From Candidatus Binatia bacterium (lineage in GTDB: Bacteria > Desulfobacterota > Binatia > Bin18), in assembly GCA_963664395.2 (NCBI GenBank), contig OY761159.2, positions 2,880,001-2,944,000 of the forward strand: a stretch of DNA of 64,000 nucleotides. The letters are read 5' to 3'. The position numbers were made by a program, and so were the translations under genes. The notes beneath the pieces are model-generated. The model was not told the origin of the DNA. It made no database searches and was given only the letters and a program-made list of their open reading frames with translations. The stretch's first letter is position 1. Each line of letters opens with the position of its first letter. Below, piece after piece: positions 10,005-19,102 of this stretch.

Positions 10005-10889
10005 ATGGAAGTCAGCATAGTCGGCCATGGCTCGTTGATGAGTGGCCGGGGCTTATCGTTTTCCGGGACGTTTCAGATGCAGACCGCCCGCATTGTGGCC
10101 CTGGATGGCTGCGTCCGAGGCTTTGCAAAACTCTCCAAATATGGCGACCGATTTGCGACAGACCTTGAGCTTGAGCACCCCCCATTAGAGGGCGAAATCG
10201 TCTCGCCGGAAACCGCGCCGGATGGGAGGGTTGAAGCCCTGGGGCTGAGTGTCTCATTGGAAGACTGGGGCCGACTTGTCAAACGAGAAGGCTACCGGCC
10301 GCAGGCCATGCAGGTGCTGGTCGAGCGGGCACGAGACAATGGTCTCGGCGTTGCTGAGTGGCTGTGGGATGTCGCGGCGGAGAATGGGCATGATCTGGCT
10401 GCCTATCGGCGTCAGCTTTTCTTGATAACGGGCTATACCTCACCCCATTACATTCCCCATCCTGTTCGGCTGAGGGAAGCCGGCTATGCTGTGATTTTTC
10501 TCGCGCCCGGCCCACAGGGAACCGGCACGCCGGATGTCGTCTCTATTCGTCAACAGACTGGTATCAATACCATCCTAAGCACAGCTGAGACGTGGCGGCG
10601 CAAGCCGAATGACGATCAGATAGCCTACTTTCTGTCGTGTTTGCTGGGGGGGGTGCATGGCATCAACGTGCGAGATTTTCTGGCGAGCGTTTGGGATAAT
10701 CGCGTCTTGGCAGAAACGCTGTATCAGCGTATCCAACCTGTGCTGGCTGAAGAAGTCGAGTGTTTTCTACACACCACAGGGTTGACACCGGAACAGTATG
10801 CGTCCGCGTTCGGCAGCGCTGAGGCGGCGTTGCGCCGGAGTGGACTGGGAGACTTTCTTGATGGATTCGACAGGCAAGCGGGCAAATAA
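10005..10889 (+). CDS. Hypothetical protein with gamma-glutamylcyclotransferase-like N-terminus
   Basis: N-terminal IVGHGSLM resembles the GGCT/ChaC 'fgYGSL' loop; later LVKREGY. Confidence 0.55.
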   Translation: MEVSIVGHGSLMSGRGLSFSGTFQMQTARIVALDGCVRGFAKLSKYGDRFATDLELEHPPLEGEIVSPETAPDGRVEALGLSVSLEDWGRLVKREGYRPQAMQVLVERARDNGLGVAEWLWDVAAENGHDLAAYRRQLFLITGYTSPHYIPHPVRLREAGYAVIFLAPGPQGTGTPDVVSIRQQTGINTILSTAETWRRKPNDDQIAYFLSCLLGGVHGINVRDFLASVWDNRVLAETLYQRIQPVLAEEVECFLHTTGLTPEQYASAFGSAEAALRRSGLGDFLDGFDRQAGK

Positions 10890-10916
10890 GAGGGCAAATA
10901 AGAAGAGGGCAGACGT

Positions 10917-11426
10917 ATGAGCATTTTCTCGGTGTCAATCGGAAAGGAATTATTACGCTTTACCGCGGCGCATTTCATTGCCTTCAAAGGGTTCCGAGAA
11001 CCTTTACACGGTCATACCTACCAGGCCGAAGTGAAGGTGAGTGGACCGGTTGGGCCGGACGGCTATGTCGTGGATTTTCTGGTGCTGAAAAAAATTGCGG
11101 AAGAAGAATGTCAGAAGCTGCACTTTACCACGCTGCTGCCTGAACACAGTGACTGCCTGCGCATTGAAGCGAACACTGAGACGGTTCGGGTGGAATGCGA
11201 AGACGGCACGCACTTCAGCTTCCCGCGGCAAGATGTCTGCTTGCTTCCCATCGTGCACTCGTCATCGGAGGAGATTGCTCAGTATCTGCTTGCGCGACTG
11301 CGCGCCCGCTTGGCGGAAGCACGCGGGAATAGTATCGAAACGCTCGAAGTCCTGATTGAGGACATCCCCGGCCAGGTGGCGGTGTGCCGCGAGCCGTTTC
11401 AGGTGCGAGATCGTCATGGCGCGTAG
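10917..11426 (+). CDS. 6-pyruvoyl-tetrahydropterin synthase family protein, PTPS-III type
   Basis: FTAAHFI..REPLHGHTY, VVDF and SSSEEIA; Glu-x2-HGH in place of the Cys-x3-HGH of QueD. Confidence 0.85.
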   Translation: MSIFSVSIGKELLRFTAAHFIAFKGFREPLHGHTYQAEVKVSGPVGPDGYVVDFLVLKKIAEEECQKLHFTTLLPEHSDCLRIEANTETVRVECEDGTHFSFPRQDVCLLPIVHSSSEEIAQYLLARLRARLAEARGNSIETLEVLIEDIPGQVAVCREPFQVRDRHGA

Positions 11427-11745
11427 GCTGCGGAGCGTGGTCCTGGTGCTGCTGTGTGCCAGCATCACAGCGTGTGAAACATCCTTGCCCGAGCCCGACT
11501 CAGAGGGTGCGCGGCTCTACCGCCAGCGCTGCTCCGGCTGTCACCGGCTGTATCAGCCCGGCCTGCTCACGCCCGAGATGTGGCAGTTCATGCTGGTGCG
11601 TATGGAACAGGAGTTTCTGCGTCTCGGCAGGCCGCCTTTATCCGAAACCGAGCGTCGCACCATCCTTGACTATCTGAACGCCCACGCCCAACGCCCGGCA
11701 TCCGACAAAGCCGATACGGACGCGACTAGGACTTTCGCCCGGTAA
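11416..11745 (+). CDS. Small monoheme c-type cytochrome lipoprotein
   Basis: CSGCH heme motif, GARLY, W..M..M, ILDYL; lipobox SITA-C. Confidence 0.85.
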   Translation: MARRLRSVVLVLLCASITACETSLPEPDSEGARLYRQRCSGCHRLYQPGLLTPEMWQFMLVRMEQEFLRLGRPPLSETERRTILDYLNAHAQRPASDKADTDATRTFAR

Positions 11746-11771
11746 AAAGACTGAGAAGAAATAGCTCGCTC

Positions 11772-13088
11772 TTATGCCCCCCGCCGGGCCGCCTCGATAT
11801 CGTCTATCTCTTTCGGAATGGTACTGGTCAGAACGTCATGGCCGTTGGCTGTCACGAGCACGTCGTCCTCGATGCGCACCCCAATACCCTGGTATGCAGC
11901 CGGCACGTCTGCGTCTGCGGCGATATACAGGCCGGGTTCAACCGTCAGGACCATGCCGGGTTCGAGCGTCCGTGACTCGTCACCAACTCGGTATTTGCCC
12001 ACATCGTGGACGTCCATGCCCAGCCAGTGGCTCGTCCGGTGCATATAAAACTGGCGATAGTCGCCTTTCTCAAGAATGCTTTCCGTACTGCCGGATAGCA
12101 GGCCGAGATCACGCAGGCCATTGATAAGAATTTCCGTTGCACGTTGATGTACGTCGTCAAAGCCTATACCGGGTCGAATCATTTCAATCGCGTGTTTTTG
12201 CGCGGTCAGAACAAGGCTGTAGATTGCTCGCTGTGGAGCCGAAAACTCGCGGCCAACCGGAAACGTGCGCGTCACATCCGAGCAATAGCACGCATACTCC
12301 GAACCCGCGTCAATCAGCAAGAGATCACCAGCCTGCATTTGTTGATCATTAGAGATGTAATGCAAGATCGTGGCATTCGCTCCTGAAGCGACAATGGAAG
12401 GATAGGCCGGTCCCTCCGCTCCGTTGCGACGGAAATGGTATTCGAGCAGGGCTTCAATTTCATACTCGTGCATGCCTGGCCGCGTTTCGTGCAGGGCTGC
12501 GTGGTGCGCCGCGGCGGACGCCGTGATCGCCCTACGCATCAGGTCGATTTCTTGTGGTGTTTTGAATAAGCGCATTTCATGCAGGAGGTCGCTGGGATCA
12601 ATAATCGAGACCGGTCCGTGCCCGCTGCGCGGGCGTTGCAGCCGGCCCTGATTCACAAAGTCCAGAATCTTTGTGTTGAGGCGTTCGTCACGGCCGAGTC
12701 CGTAATAGATTTTCTCCGCGGCGAGCAGGTGTTCGGGCAGCACCTCGTCGAGCTGATCAATCGTATAGGCCGCATCCACGCCAAAGAATTCCTGCGCACC
12801 CTCGACCCCAAATCGTTTCCCCGTCCAGGTCTCTTTTTCTTTGTCACGGGGACGCACAAACAGAATGAACTGTTCCTTGTCGTGATTGGGCGAGAGCAGG
12901 CACAGGGATTCCGGTTCCGGAAAACCCGTAAGATAATACAGGTCGTTGTTCTGGCGATAGCGATATTCCACGTCCTGGGAGCGAATTGAAGTCGGGGCGG
13001 CCGGAAAGATGGCAATGCCATCACCCATCTGTTTCAGAAATGCTTGCCGGCGGGCTGCATAGGTCGAAAGATTTCCATTCATTTGCAT
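11772..13088 (-). CDS. pepP: Xaa-Pro aminopeptidase
   Basis: YYLTGFPEPES, LIDAG..SDVTRT, HWLGMDVHD, TVEPGLY, RIEDD. Confidence 0.95.
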   Translation of the reverse strand: MQMNGNLSTYAARRQAFLKQMGDGIAIFPAAPTSIRSQDVEYRYRQNNDLYYLTGFPEPESLCLLSPNHDKEQFILFVRPRDKEKETWTGKRFGVEGAQEFFGVDAAYTIDQLDEVLPEHLLAAEKIYYGLGRDERLNTKILDFVNQGRLQRPRSGHGPVSIIDPSDLLHEMRLFKTPQEIDLMRRAITASAAAHHAALHETRPGMHEYEIEALLEYHFRRNGAEGPAYPSIVASGANATILHYISNDQQMQAGDLLLIDAGSEYACYCSDVTRTFPVGREFSAPQRAIYSLVLTAQKHAIEMIRPGIGFDDVHQRATEILINGLRDLGLLSGSTESILEKGDYRQFYMHRTSHWLGMDVHDVGKYRVGDESRTLEPGMVLTVEPGLYIAADADVPAAYQGIGVRIEDDVLVTANGHDVLTSTIPKEIDDIEAARRGA

Positions 13089-13141
13089 GATACAGTATCA
13101 TCCGTTTCAACAATTGAGGTTGTGAAGACGCTTTCTACTAT

Positions 13142-13501
13142 ATGGCACACGAGCATTTGTATCCAGAGTCATTAGGCGCCCTGCTGACCCGATTACCAGA
13201 ACTGGAAATTGTTCTGGGCTCACAATCGAAGCCGGGCTTACAGGCTGTCCAAAGGCTGCTCCAAGAAGCGGTTGCCGCACGCGCTGACGGTGACGTGCTC
13301 AAAGTCGCGTCAAAAATTGGGACGGCAATGGACACCCTGTCTCAGTTGGCCGACGGGCTTGACCCGCAGGAGGCAACGCTCATGCGGATGTTGTCCGCCC
13401 AGTTCAGGCAAGCGCTGACGCTGGGCGATACGAGTGAGACCCAACGTGTCTCGGACGTAATGCGCAGGAATGCCGGGGCGACCACCAAAAAGAAACCCTA
13501 G
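13142..13501 (+). CDS. Hypothetical helical protein
   Basis: 119-aa ORF divergent from pepP with no recognisable motif. Confidence 0.65.
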   Translation: MAHEHLYPESLGALLTRLPELEIVLGSQSKPGLQAVQRLLQEAVAARADGDVLKVASKIGTAMDTLSQLADGLDPQEATLMRMLSAQFRQALTLGDTSETQRVSDVMRRNAGATTKKKP

Positions 13502-13560
13502 ACAGCGCCCGAAACGATGCGTCCTTGACTTACTCAGGCCGGTTGGCTAGTGCAAAAGGC

Positions 13561-13728
13561 ATGGCCGATGCACTCCAAGCGTGTTGTGAAAAAGAACTCC
13601 AAATTCAACTCAAACAGATTACCGAGACGTATCGCTCCTTTCCGGTCATCAAAGACATTCCCTGTCCCACCTGTCTGCGCATTATCCCGATTCGGGTGTA
13701 TGAAAAACCGACTGAGGCCGGGTCCTGA
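13561..13728 (+). CDS. Small hypothetical protein, possible zinc ribbon
   Basis: ACC and CPTC cysteine pairs; the start is placed at MADALQ. Confidence 0.55.
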   Translation: MADALQACCEKELQIQLKQITETYRSFPVIKDIPCPTCLRIIPIRVYEKPTEAGS

Positions 13729-13743
13729 TACGGGGAGGCCGAC

Positions 13744-14067
13744 ATGGCGAAACGTGTGGACCTGAGAATTGTCAGGGTGAGCATTGAAAACGAGGACGAA
13801 CCGTGTCGGGTGAGTATTAAAGCCGAGGTGGATTCGCTGGCTCAACTGCGCTCCATTGCCGACAAGTTCAAGCTGTCAAAAGAGCGCATTCCCGCCCAAT
13901 TAGTCATCGGCCCAACCGAAGAAAAGCCCTCGTCTCACGGCACGATCCGCGCCGAAGAGATCGAACAGGTCATTGTCGAAGGGCTGGCGGCCATGCAGCA
14001 CTCCGGCCAAATCGCCCGCGACCTCATCCGCCGTTTTCGGGGCCGTATCCTGGCCGGGGATGAGTAA
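13744..14067 (+). CDS. Hypothetical protein
   Basis: GGGGAGG RBS upstream; 107-aa ORF. Confidence 0.7.
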   Translation: MAKRVDLRIVRVSIENEDEPCRVSIKAEVDSLAQLRSIADKFKLSKERIPAQLVIGPTEEKPSSHGTIRAEEIEQVIVEGLAAMQHSGQIARDLIRRFRGRILAGDE

Positions 14068-14098
14068 TAAGTTCTTGTCTGCATAGAAGGAAGGGGAA

Positions 14099-14383
14099 AT
14101 GACCCGACCAACCGAGGTCGAACCGCGAGACGGCTACCGAATCTGGATTCGCTATTCGGACGGAGCTGCTGGTGTCGTAGACTTGTCCCATCTCGTCGGG
14201 CGGGGAGTCTTCGAGGCTTGGAAGAACCGGGCTTTCTTTCAGGGCGTCCACCTCACCGCAAACGGTGCGGTCGCCTGGGACGAGGATATCGAGTTGTGTC
14301 CGGACGCGCTCTATATGCGGCTCACTCATAAATCTGTTGAAGAAGTGATGCCGGGCCTACGGACGCTGGAAGCGAATGCCTGA
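14099..14383 (+). CDS. DUF2442 family protein (putative antitoxin)
   Basis: YRIWIRYSDG..VDLS..GVFE..VAW..ELCPDALY. Confidence 0.88.
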   Translation: MTRPTEVEPRDGYRIWIRYSDGAAGVVDLSHLVGRGVFEAWKNRAFFQGVHLTANGAVAWDEDIELCPDALYMRLTHKSVEEVMPGLRTLEANA

Positions 14384-14636
14384 ACTCTCGAGGTTCTACG
14401 GAATCACTATACGGATGTATTTTGATGACCACCTGCCACCTCATTTTCACGCAGCGTATAGCGGCGATGAAGCTGTGATTGGAATTAACAGCTTAGGACT
14501 ACTCCGAGGACGCCTGCCGGTTCGGGCTCTCGGGCTCACCATTGAGTGGGCATCATCGCACCAAGCGGAACTACAGGACGCCTGGAATCGGGCCAAACGA
14601 CTAGAGGCTCCAGGAAAAATTGCTCCGCTGGAGTAA
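14376..14636 (+). CDS. DUF4160 family protein (putative toxin)
   Basis: MPELSRFYGITIRMYFDDHLPPHFHA..EWAS.HQAEL..W..IAPL. Confidence 0.92.
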   Translation: MPELSRFYGITIRMYFDDHLPPHFHAAYSGDEAVIGINSLGLLRGRLPVRALGLTIEWASSHQAELQDAWNRAKRLEAPGKIAPLE

Positions 14637-14804
14637 CGCTCTGAAGGATCGTCAACACGGACTCGCGATAGTTGATGGGCACATCCGCCAGGCGATGCAG
14701 ACCCAGCACGAAGAGGCCATGCGGGCCTTAGAGGTTCAGCACGAAGCCTTGCGGGAACTCATCGCCCGGACCGCTAAGTGACCCCCGCTGTGTTGATTAC
14801 TAGG

Positions 14805-15506
14805 CTATTTGCCCACGATATAAACTGTGAATTTGTCAACAATTTTCCAAGCTTTCGTCATCACGTCAAGACGCTCCTCCCAAGACATACCCATAGCTTC
14901 TCCGTGCCTTTGTGGATCAGAGAAATTTTTTATATCTTCTATCAAGTCTCGTTCGATATCCAAGGATTTGCGTAGCCTTTTCCAAGCCTTAGCGTTTGTA
15001 TCTCCAGGCTCGTGAAACGCCTGTCTGATTTTCTCAATTGCTCTATAGGCAAAAAAGCCTGTGTCCCAAGGCATTCGAATAGCTTCACGAAGGTCAGCGA
15101 TTGCTCTTCTGAAATCTGGAGACTTATTGGCCACACTTATGAGTTCTCCAAACTGTAACGGTCTTTCGCCGACTGCTTCGGTTAACGAAGCCCACCCAAC
15201 GCCAAAGACTTCAAACTTTCCGCTAGGGTTGACCATTGACGTTATTTCTACATCATAACCATATGCTTTGGTAAATCCGCGTAAATCGGCAAGAAATCTG
15301 ACATGAGATTCTACCTCATTTTTTAATGTGGCCGTATCCTGAACTTCGTTTTCTGAATTAACTACAGCGCTTACCTGAGAGAAAGCCATCGAGATTTGTA
15401 TTGAGTAATTAGAGGCATTGATGAGGATTGGATCTGAGTTGTCGGTCTGAATACCGACCCGCGCGCGTTCAGGAAGTATTTTTCCAAAGAAAGTATACTT
15501 GGGCAT
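14805..15506 (-). CDS. AT-rich hypothetical protein with a HEPN-like (ApeA/MauJ-like) C-terminus
   Basis: AAGGAG RBS; helical C-terminus with FFAYRAIE and DPQRHG; visibly lower GC than its neighbours. Confidence 0.55.
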   Translation of the reverse strand: MPKYTFFGKILPERARVGIQTDNSDPILINASNYSIQISMAFSQVSAVVNSENEVQDTATLKNEVESHVRFLADLRGFTKAYGYDVEITSMVNPSGKFEVFGVGWASLTEAVGERPLQFGELISVANKSPDFRRAIADLREAIRMPWDTGFFAYRAIEKIRQAFHEPGDTNAKAWKRLRKSLDIERDLIEDIKNFSDPQRHGEAMGMSWEERLDVMTKAWKIVDKFTVYIVGK

Positions 15507-15550
15507 AGAAGTCTCCTTTATGCCGTTTTGTGCTTAGGCGCTTTGCTTTT

Positions 15551-18352
15551 TCAACCCTCTCGTGATTCCCGTCTCCGCCGTTTCGGCTTCCGCTTCACCG
15601 CCAACGGCGCAGTCATTTTCTCATACAACCCAAACAGATGTTCCACCCGCTCCCGCTCCGAGGCGAAACCCCCGGGCCGGTACAGCCGATCCACTGCTCG
15701 GTCGAGTGCGGTGTGGGCCTTGCGCAGGTTGGGCGGCATCAGGTCGGGGTCGTACAGGTCGGCCAGGGTTGCGCCCGGATGGGCCGCGCGCGCATCAAGT
15801 ATGGCTTGGGCCAGCGGTTCCAGTTTCGACAGGTCTGCGCCTTCGGGCGGCAGCGGAAATGTGTTGTAGACGACGCCAACGGAATACATGTAGTCGCTCT
15901 TCATTCGCCCCGTCACGGCCCGCATCCAGGCCATGTGCATAGCAGAGGTGAGCAGCGCGAAATCGGTGAGAGCTGCATCGGACAACAGACGAAGTTTGTT
16001 GCTCGGAATGACCGGCGGTTCCAGCCAGCCGATAGGCACATACTCCCGCCGCTCAGAACTCACTTCAGGGATAACCAGGAACGGCGCGGTGGGAAGAACG
16101 TTCACATGATAGAGCGTCGGCGTATCCGCCAGCTTTTGTGTGGGCGGGCTCTTGCTGGCTTGGCGGTACGCGCGGACCGCGGCGATACGCTCTTTGACGT
16201 GCGACAACCGCGCCAGCGTTGCCGGCGGCGCGTCGTGCAGGGCAAGAATCCAACGCTTTCCGCCTTGCAGATATTCGCGAGCCCCGACAAAGGGGCGCAG
16301 GAAGGACTCGGCGTCCGGTTCTACAGCCAGCAAGGCCGCGCGTTCCTCGGTGTCGAAGATATAATGGCCGCCGTCAATGGGCTTGGACCCGATAATCAGC
16401 TTCCCCATCCCGTTAATAGGCAGGCTTTCCTCGCGCACCGTCAGATGCGGGTCGGCGAGGCTGGCGGCATCGAACAGATAGGGCGAGAGCACGGCGTGGC
16501 GGGTTTCCTCGGGCTCGCCGGTAATGTCGTGATAGCTGAATAATCGTTTGGTCGGGCGTGCAGTCTCTCGCCGTTCAAGTCCGATAATCGCGACATGCAC
16601 GTGAGCCTTGCCGCGCGCATCCGAACCCCAGGCAAAGGTGCGGTGGGCGAAGGCGATCTCCAGCTTGGCGCGGTCGAACAGGATAGGCCAGAGCTGCGCA
16701 ACCTGTTCGCCCTGAGTGATGGAGTTGGTTGAGACAAAGCCGATTCGGGCCGCCCCCCTTCGCACATACTCCCCTGCCTTGAGGAACCAAGCCGTTACAT
16801 AGTCGAGCGTGCCGCCGGTCTTGCCCAAGGCCGCGATGCGCCGTACCTGCGCCCGCTGCTCCCGGCTCTGAAACTTCGCGCCGACAAAGGGCGGATTGCC
16901 GAATACATACGAGCATTCTTCCGGCGGTAGCAGGATTACCCAGTCGGCTTCCAGGGCGTCGGCGTGCAGAATGTGGGGCGATTTCGTTAGCGGGATGCGC
17001 ACGAAGGTTTGACCGAACTCCAGGCTGAGCCGGTTGTTCATGATGTGGTCCATCATCCACAGCGCGGTCTCGGCGATATGGGTCGGGAACTCCCCGACCT
17101 CAATGCCGTAGAATTGGTCTACGTTGACGACCGACAGGGCCGCAGCGTCCAACTCGCCTGTTTCCGCGTCGTCACGATAGGCGTGCAGTTCCTTCAAGAC
17201 CGCAATCTCCAACCCGCGCAACTCGCGGTAGGCAATGATGAGAAAATTGCCGCAGCCGCACGCCGGGTCGAGAAAGCGCAGGGTTCCCAAACGCTGTTGA
17301 AAGCGATGCAGTTCCAGCCGCCGATGGGTATCCTTGCGGGCTTTCAGCCGGGCGAACTCGGCCCACAGGTCGTCGAGAAACAGGGGCTCGATCACCTTCA
17401 GGATGTTCTTCTCGGTGGTGTAGTGGGCGCCCTGAGAGCGGCGCTGCGCGGGTTGCATGACCGATTGGAACAGCGCCCCGAAAATCGCCGGAGAGAGCGC
17501 GGTCCAGTCGAACCGGCAGGCGTCGAGCAGCGCCTGTCGCATGGGAGAATCAAAGTCGGGAATGCGTAGCGGGCCACGGAACAGGTCGCCGTTCACATAC
17601 GGAAAACGTGCCAGGTCCTCGTCCAGAGCCTTTTGGCGCTTGTCTTCCGGCGTGTCGAGCACTTGGAAAAGCCGCGAGAGCCACAAGCCCAGGTCCGAAC
17701 CGTCCTCGCGGGTGCGGTTCTCAAGCAGGTCAAGGAAGATGTCGCGCGGCTCGAAGATGCCGGTATCGTCGGCAAACAGGCAGAACACGGTACGCACCAG
17801 AAACAGCTCCAGGTCGTGGCCGGTGTAGCCGGACTGTTCGAGCGCGTCGTGCAGGTGGCCCATGAGTTCGGACGCCTGAATGTTGACCGGGTCCTGATCT
17901 TTGAACGTACGCTTTTGCACGCCCAGGATGAATCCGAACTTCTCCACGTGCTGAGGCAGGTCGGCCAGAGCGAAAAACGCGCGTTCCCGCTCGTCCAGGT
18001 CGCGCAACTCAAAGGTCTGAAAGTCGCTGACCAGGATGTAGCGCGGGCGTTCTTGCTCGGACAGGGCGTCGAAGTAGTCGCCGGCCTGTCCATATGCTTT
18101 GGTCAGGTCGCGGCCGGCGCTCTTTTGTTCGACCAACAGCACGCCGGGCCAGAACAGGTCGATGTAGCCGGACGAGTTGTCGAGGCGTTTGACACGCTCC
18201 TCATAGCGCGCGACGGTGCGCCGCTTGACGCCGAAGATATTGAAGAAGTCGTTATAGAAGCTCTGCGTCTCGCCTTTCTCGTAGGCCGCGTCCTGCCACT
18301 CTTCGGCAAACGCGGCGGCACGGGCGCGGATTTCATTCCAGGAGAGTCGCAT
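15551..18352 (-). CDS. MmeI-like type IIL restriction-modification enzyme (N6-adenine MTase with nuclease and target-recognition domains)
   Basis: N-terminal YIDLFWPGVLLVEQKS, GAHYTTEKNI, motif I LDPACGCGNF, motif IV GNPPF, C-terminal LADLYDPDLMP. Confidence 0.92.
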   Translation of the reverse strand: MRLSWNEIRARAAAFAEEWQDAAYEKGETQSFYNDFFNIFGVKRRTVARYEERVKRLDNSSGYIDLFWPGVLLVEQKSAGRDLTKAYGQAGDYFDALSEQERPRYILVSDFQTFELRDLDERERAFFALADLPQHVEKFGFILGVQKRTFKDQDPVNIQASELMGHLHDALEQSGYTGHDLELFLVRTVFCLFADDTGIFEPRDIFLDLLENRTREDGSDLGLWLSRLFQVLDTPEDKRQKALDEDLARFPYVNGDLFRGPLRIPDFDSPMRQALLDACRFDWTALSPAIFGALFQSVMQPAQRRSQGAHYTTEKNILKVIEPLFLDDLWAEFARLKARKDTHRRLELHRFQQRLGTLRFLDPACGCGNFLIIAYRELRGLEIAVLKELHAYRDDAETGELDAAALSVVNVDQFYGIEVGEFPTHIAETALWMMDHIMNNRLSLEFGQTFVRIPLTKSPHILHADALEADWVILLPPEECSYVFGNPPFVGAKFQSREQRAQVRRIAALGKTGGTLDYVTAWFLKAGEYVRRGAARIGFVSTNSITQGEQVAQLWPILFDRAKLEIAFAHRTFAWGSDARGKAHVHVAIIGLERRETARPTKRLFSYHDITGEPEETRHAVLSPYLFDAASLADPHLTVREESLPINGMGKLIIGSKPIDGGHYIFDTEERAALLAVEPDAESFLRPFVGAREYLQGGKRWILALHDAPPATLARLSHVKERIAAVRAYRQASKSPPTQKLADTPTLYHVNVLPTAPFLVIPEVSSERREYVPIGWLEPPVIPSNKLRLLSDAALTDFALLTSAMHMAWMRAVTGRMKSDYMYSVGVVYNTFPLPPEGADLSKLEPLAQAILDARAAHPGATLADLYDPDLMPPNLRKAHTALDRAVDRLYRPGGFASERERVEHLFGLYEKMTAPLAVKRKPKRRRRESREG

Positions 18353-18381
18353 GCAGAGAGAACCTACCCCGCCAGGTCTTC

Positions 18382-18969
18382 CTACTCCATTTTGGCGATG
18401 AACTGCCGTGCCTTCTGACCCTCGGCGGGGTCAAGGCGGGTGATGATGGCGGCCTGTTCCTCGGCTTTTTCTCGGCTGCCGCCCACGAAACGCGGAGCCT
18501 CCATATAGTACCTCATCAGGTCCCAGTGGGCCGCCACGTGGGTGGGGTCGCAGCCGACCGCTTTTTCAAAGTGAGTACGGACGCGCTTGACGAGAGGGAC
18601 ATTGCGGAGCTTGCGGAACATGCTCATCTGCTCGACGTGACGTCCGTAGGCGCGTCCCAGCCACATATGATAGTCGGCATTGCACTGTTCAGCGTCCACC
18701 GCCTCCTTGAACCAGGGGATGGCCTGTTCATAGTTTTTCTCTGCATAGGCAATCCGTCCCAAATAAAAGGGCGCGCTTGTATTGGTCGGCTGTTGCTGGT
18801 GCAGGGCCTCAAAAAATTGACGCGCTTGGGTCAACTGGCCGGCCTCAAAGAGTTGGACCCCGGTCTGGAGGTTGTCCTGAGCAACAGCGGGCGGGGAGGA
18901 GAAGAGGCATAGCAGGACCAGGCAGACGCACTGGACCGGGGGGTGACCAAAGGCAGAAACCCCCCTCAC
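18382..18969 (-). CDS. Secreted tetratricopeptide-repeat protein (start uncertain)
   Basis: Signal peptide ending AVAQ and TPR helices (FYLGRIAY, HMWLGRAYG). The ORF extension to 19089 translates repeat DNA. Confidence 0.75.
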   Translation of the reverse strand: MRGVSAFGHPPVQCVCLVLLCLFSSPPAVAQDNLQTGVQLFEAGQLTQARQFFEALHQQQPTNTSAPFYLGRIAYAEKNYEQAIPWFKEAVDAEQCNADYHMWLGRAYGRHVEQMSMFRKLRNVPLVKRVRTHFEKAVGCDPTHVAAHWDLMRYYMEAPRFVGGSREKAEEQAAIITRLDPAEGQKARQFIAKME

Positions 18970-19080
18970 CCTCCAGGGGAGAGGAGAGGGAAAATGTAGG
19001 GGCCACCCCCTGTGGTGGCCCTTTCCCCCATGCAATCCCCTCCTTGGAGGGGTGGCCCAAAGGGCCGGGGTGGGTTCCTC
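18961..19080. repeat. Composite of REP-like palindromes
   Basis: GTAGGGGCCACCCCCTGTGGTGGCCC hairpin, CCCCTCC-TT-GGAGGGG hairpin, and GGCCC-AAA-GGGCC hairpin. Confidence 0.7.
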
Positions 19081-19102
19081 GCTCCTCACTCTTCACCTGC
19101 CC

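Noticed and set aside
15638-18418. Long antisense ORFs (for example 15638-16543 and 17633-18418; likewise 50272-51081 and 61103-61846)
   Set aside because: Shadow frames of GC-rich genes with no motifs of their own.
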